From Octopus vulgaris (taxonomy: Eukaryota): 64,000 nucleotides of DNA. Shown here piece after piece: positions 63,030 to 64,000 of this stretch (position 1 is the stretch's first letter; every line of letters starts with the position of its first letter). The stretch spans positions 140,058,001-140,122,000 of the forward strand of contig OX597816.1 in NCBI GenBank assembly GCA_951406725.2, written 5' to 3'. The translations under genes were made by a program, and so were the position numbers. The notes below the pieces were generated by a model. That model was not told the origin of the DNA. It was given only the letters and a program-made list of their open reading frames with translations, and ran no database searches.

Positions 63030-64000
63030 TTAGAGTATGTTTAGTTGTGGTCTGTATTTTTGAATAAGATTACTTTCCTTATTTATTCGTGTTTGGTCTG
63101 TGGTGTTGTCCGAGCATTGGTATAGTGGGAAGACTAAGAATTTGGGGGACTTATTGTGTGCACAAAGGTCTAAGTGTCCACTTAGTGGTATCTGTCTTGT
63201 GGAGGGGTCCCTCAGTTGTTGTCGGTGAACTGTCATTCTGTCTCTGAGGGTAAGGCTCGTTTGCCCTATGTAGTCTTCGTGGCATCCTTCACACCTTATG
63301 ACGTAGAGTAAATTTTTTGATGCGCACGTGAAATTATTTTTTATGATGAATGTGTGTCCCGAGTGGAACTTGTACGATGATCCCTCAATGAGGTGGATGC
63401 AGGTATTGCAGTTGGGGCGACCACATTTTTTTATGTTGGGCGGTGGGTTTGTGTTGTGTAATTTTGCGTTGGTGAGGAGGTTTTTTAGGGATTTAGGTTG
63501 TCTCTTACTTTTTATTATGTTATGAGTTGCCAGTATTTTTTTCAGGCGTGGGTCTTGATTTAGTTGTGGAATGTTGTTGTATATAATAGTGTAAGCTTAT
63601 GCATTCCTTGGGTTGTGTGTTGAGAGATAAGGGAGGCTATTGACTGTACTGTGGATGTGTTTGGGTTTTCGAAGGTCTTGAATGTTGATTGATTTGGCCC
63701 GTTCTATTCCGTTGTCTACTAGTGATGCCGGGTAATGTCTTTCGAGAAGAATTGCCCTTAGTTCCCGGAGTCTTCTATTTCGTGTTGTGTCATTTGAGAC
63801 AATAGTGCAGATTCTTCTCGCTAGGTTGAAGGGGATATTTGTCTTTGTGTGTTTTGGGTGATTGGAGGTGAATAGAAGGTATTGTTTAGAGTCAGTGGGT
63901 TTGTAATGGATGTCAGTTTCAATGTTGACGCCTTTTTTAATGATTAGGATGTCAAGAAAAGGGAGTTGGTCCTGACTATATTCCATTGTGAATTGAATGT
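63030..64000 (-). pseudogene. Penelope-like RT C-terminus plus GIY-YIG endonuclease, one in-frame stop at 63597-63599
   Basis: LPFLDILI...YKPTD..QYL...SNHP.HTKTNIPFNLARRI; KKCGRPNCNTCIH; NLLYVIRCEGCHEDYIGQT...LRDRMTVHRQQ; the two listed ORFs are in the same frame. Confidence 0.95.

Larger units (their letters stand above)
60780..64000 (-). mobile_element. Penelope-like element (Neptune-type), 3' part; continues beyond the window
   Basis: RT thumb plus GIY-YIG ORF, ~2.2-kb GT-rich 3' region, hammerhead-like motif, AATAAA, then (TA)n. Confidence 0.8.

Overview
AT-rich, microsatellite-saturated eukaryotic DNA. The SINE families and repeat style suggest an Octopus-like cephalopod (inference). 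No intact host gene is evident, and nearly all ORFs in the track are microsatellite artefacts. The window is a transposon graveyard: three tRNA-derived SINE families; non-autonomous Helitrons, one with a head-to-tail CTAG|TC junction; mariner, Tc1 and Ginger2-type DNA transposons and MITEs; and CR1, RTE, HERO-like, R4/Dong-like and Penelope-like retroelement fragments. The standout signal is RNA structure. Several type I hammerhead ribozyme motifs lie at the 3' ends of Penelope-like repeats. Two diverged repeats (10978-11027, 16774-16837), plus a partial third (23999-24050), contain all hammerhead core nucleotides and covarying stems I and III, but in a strand order that is not type I, II or III (a non-circular, pseudoknotted permutation). 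One of them sits in a small non-coding element with near-identical direct repeats. All calls were made by eye; no database searches or folding programs were run.
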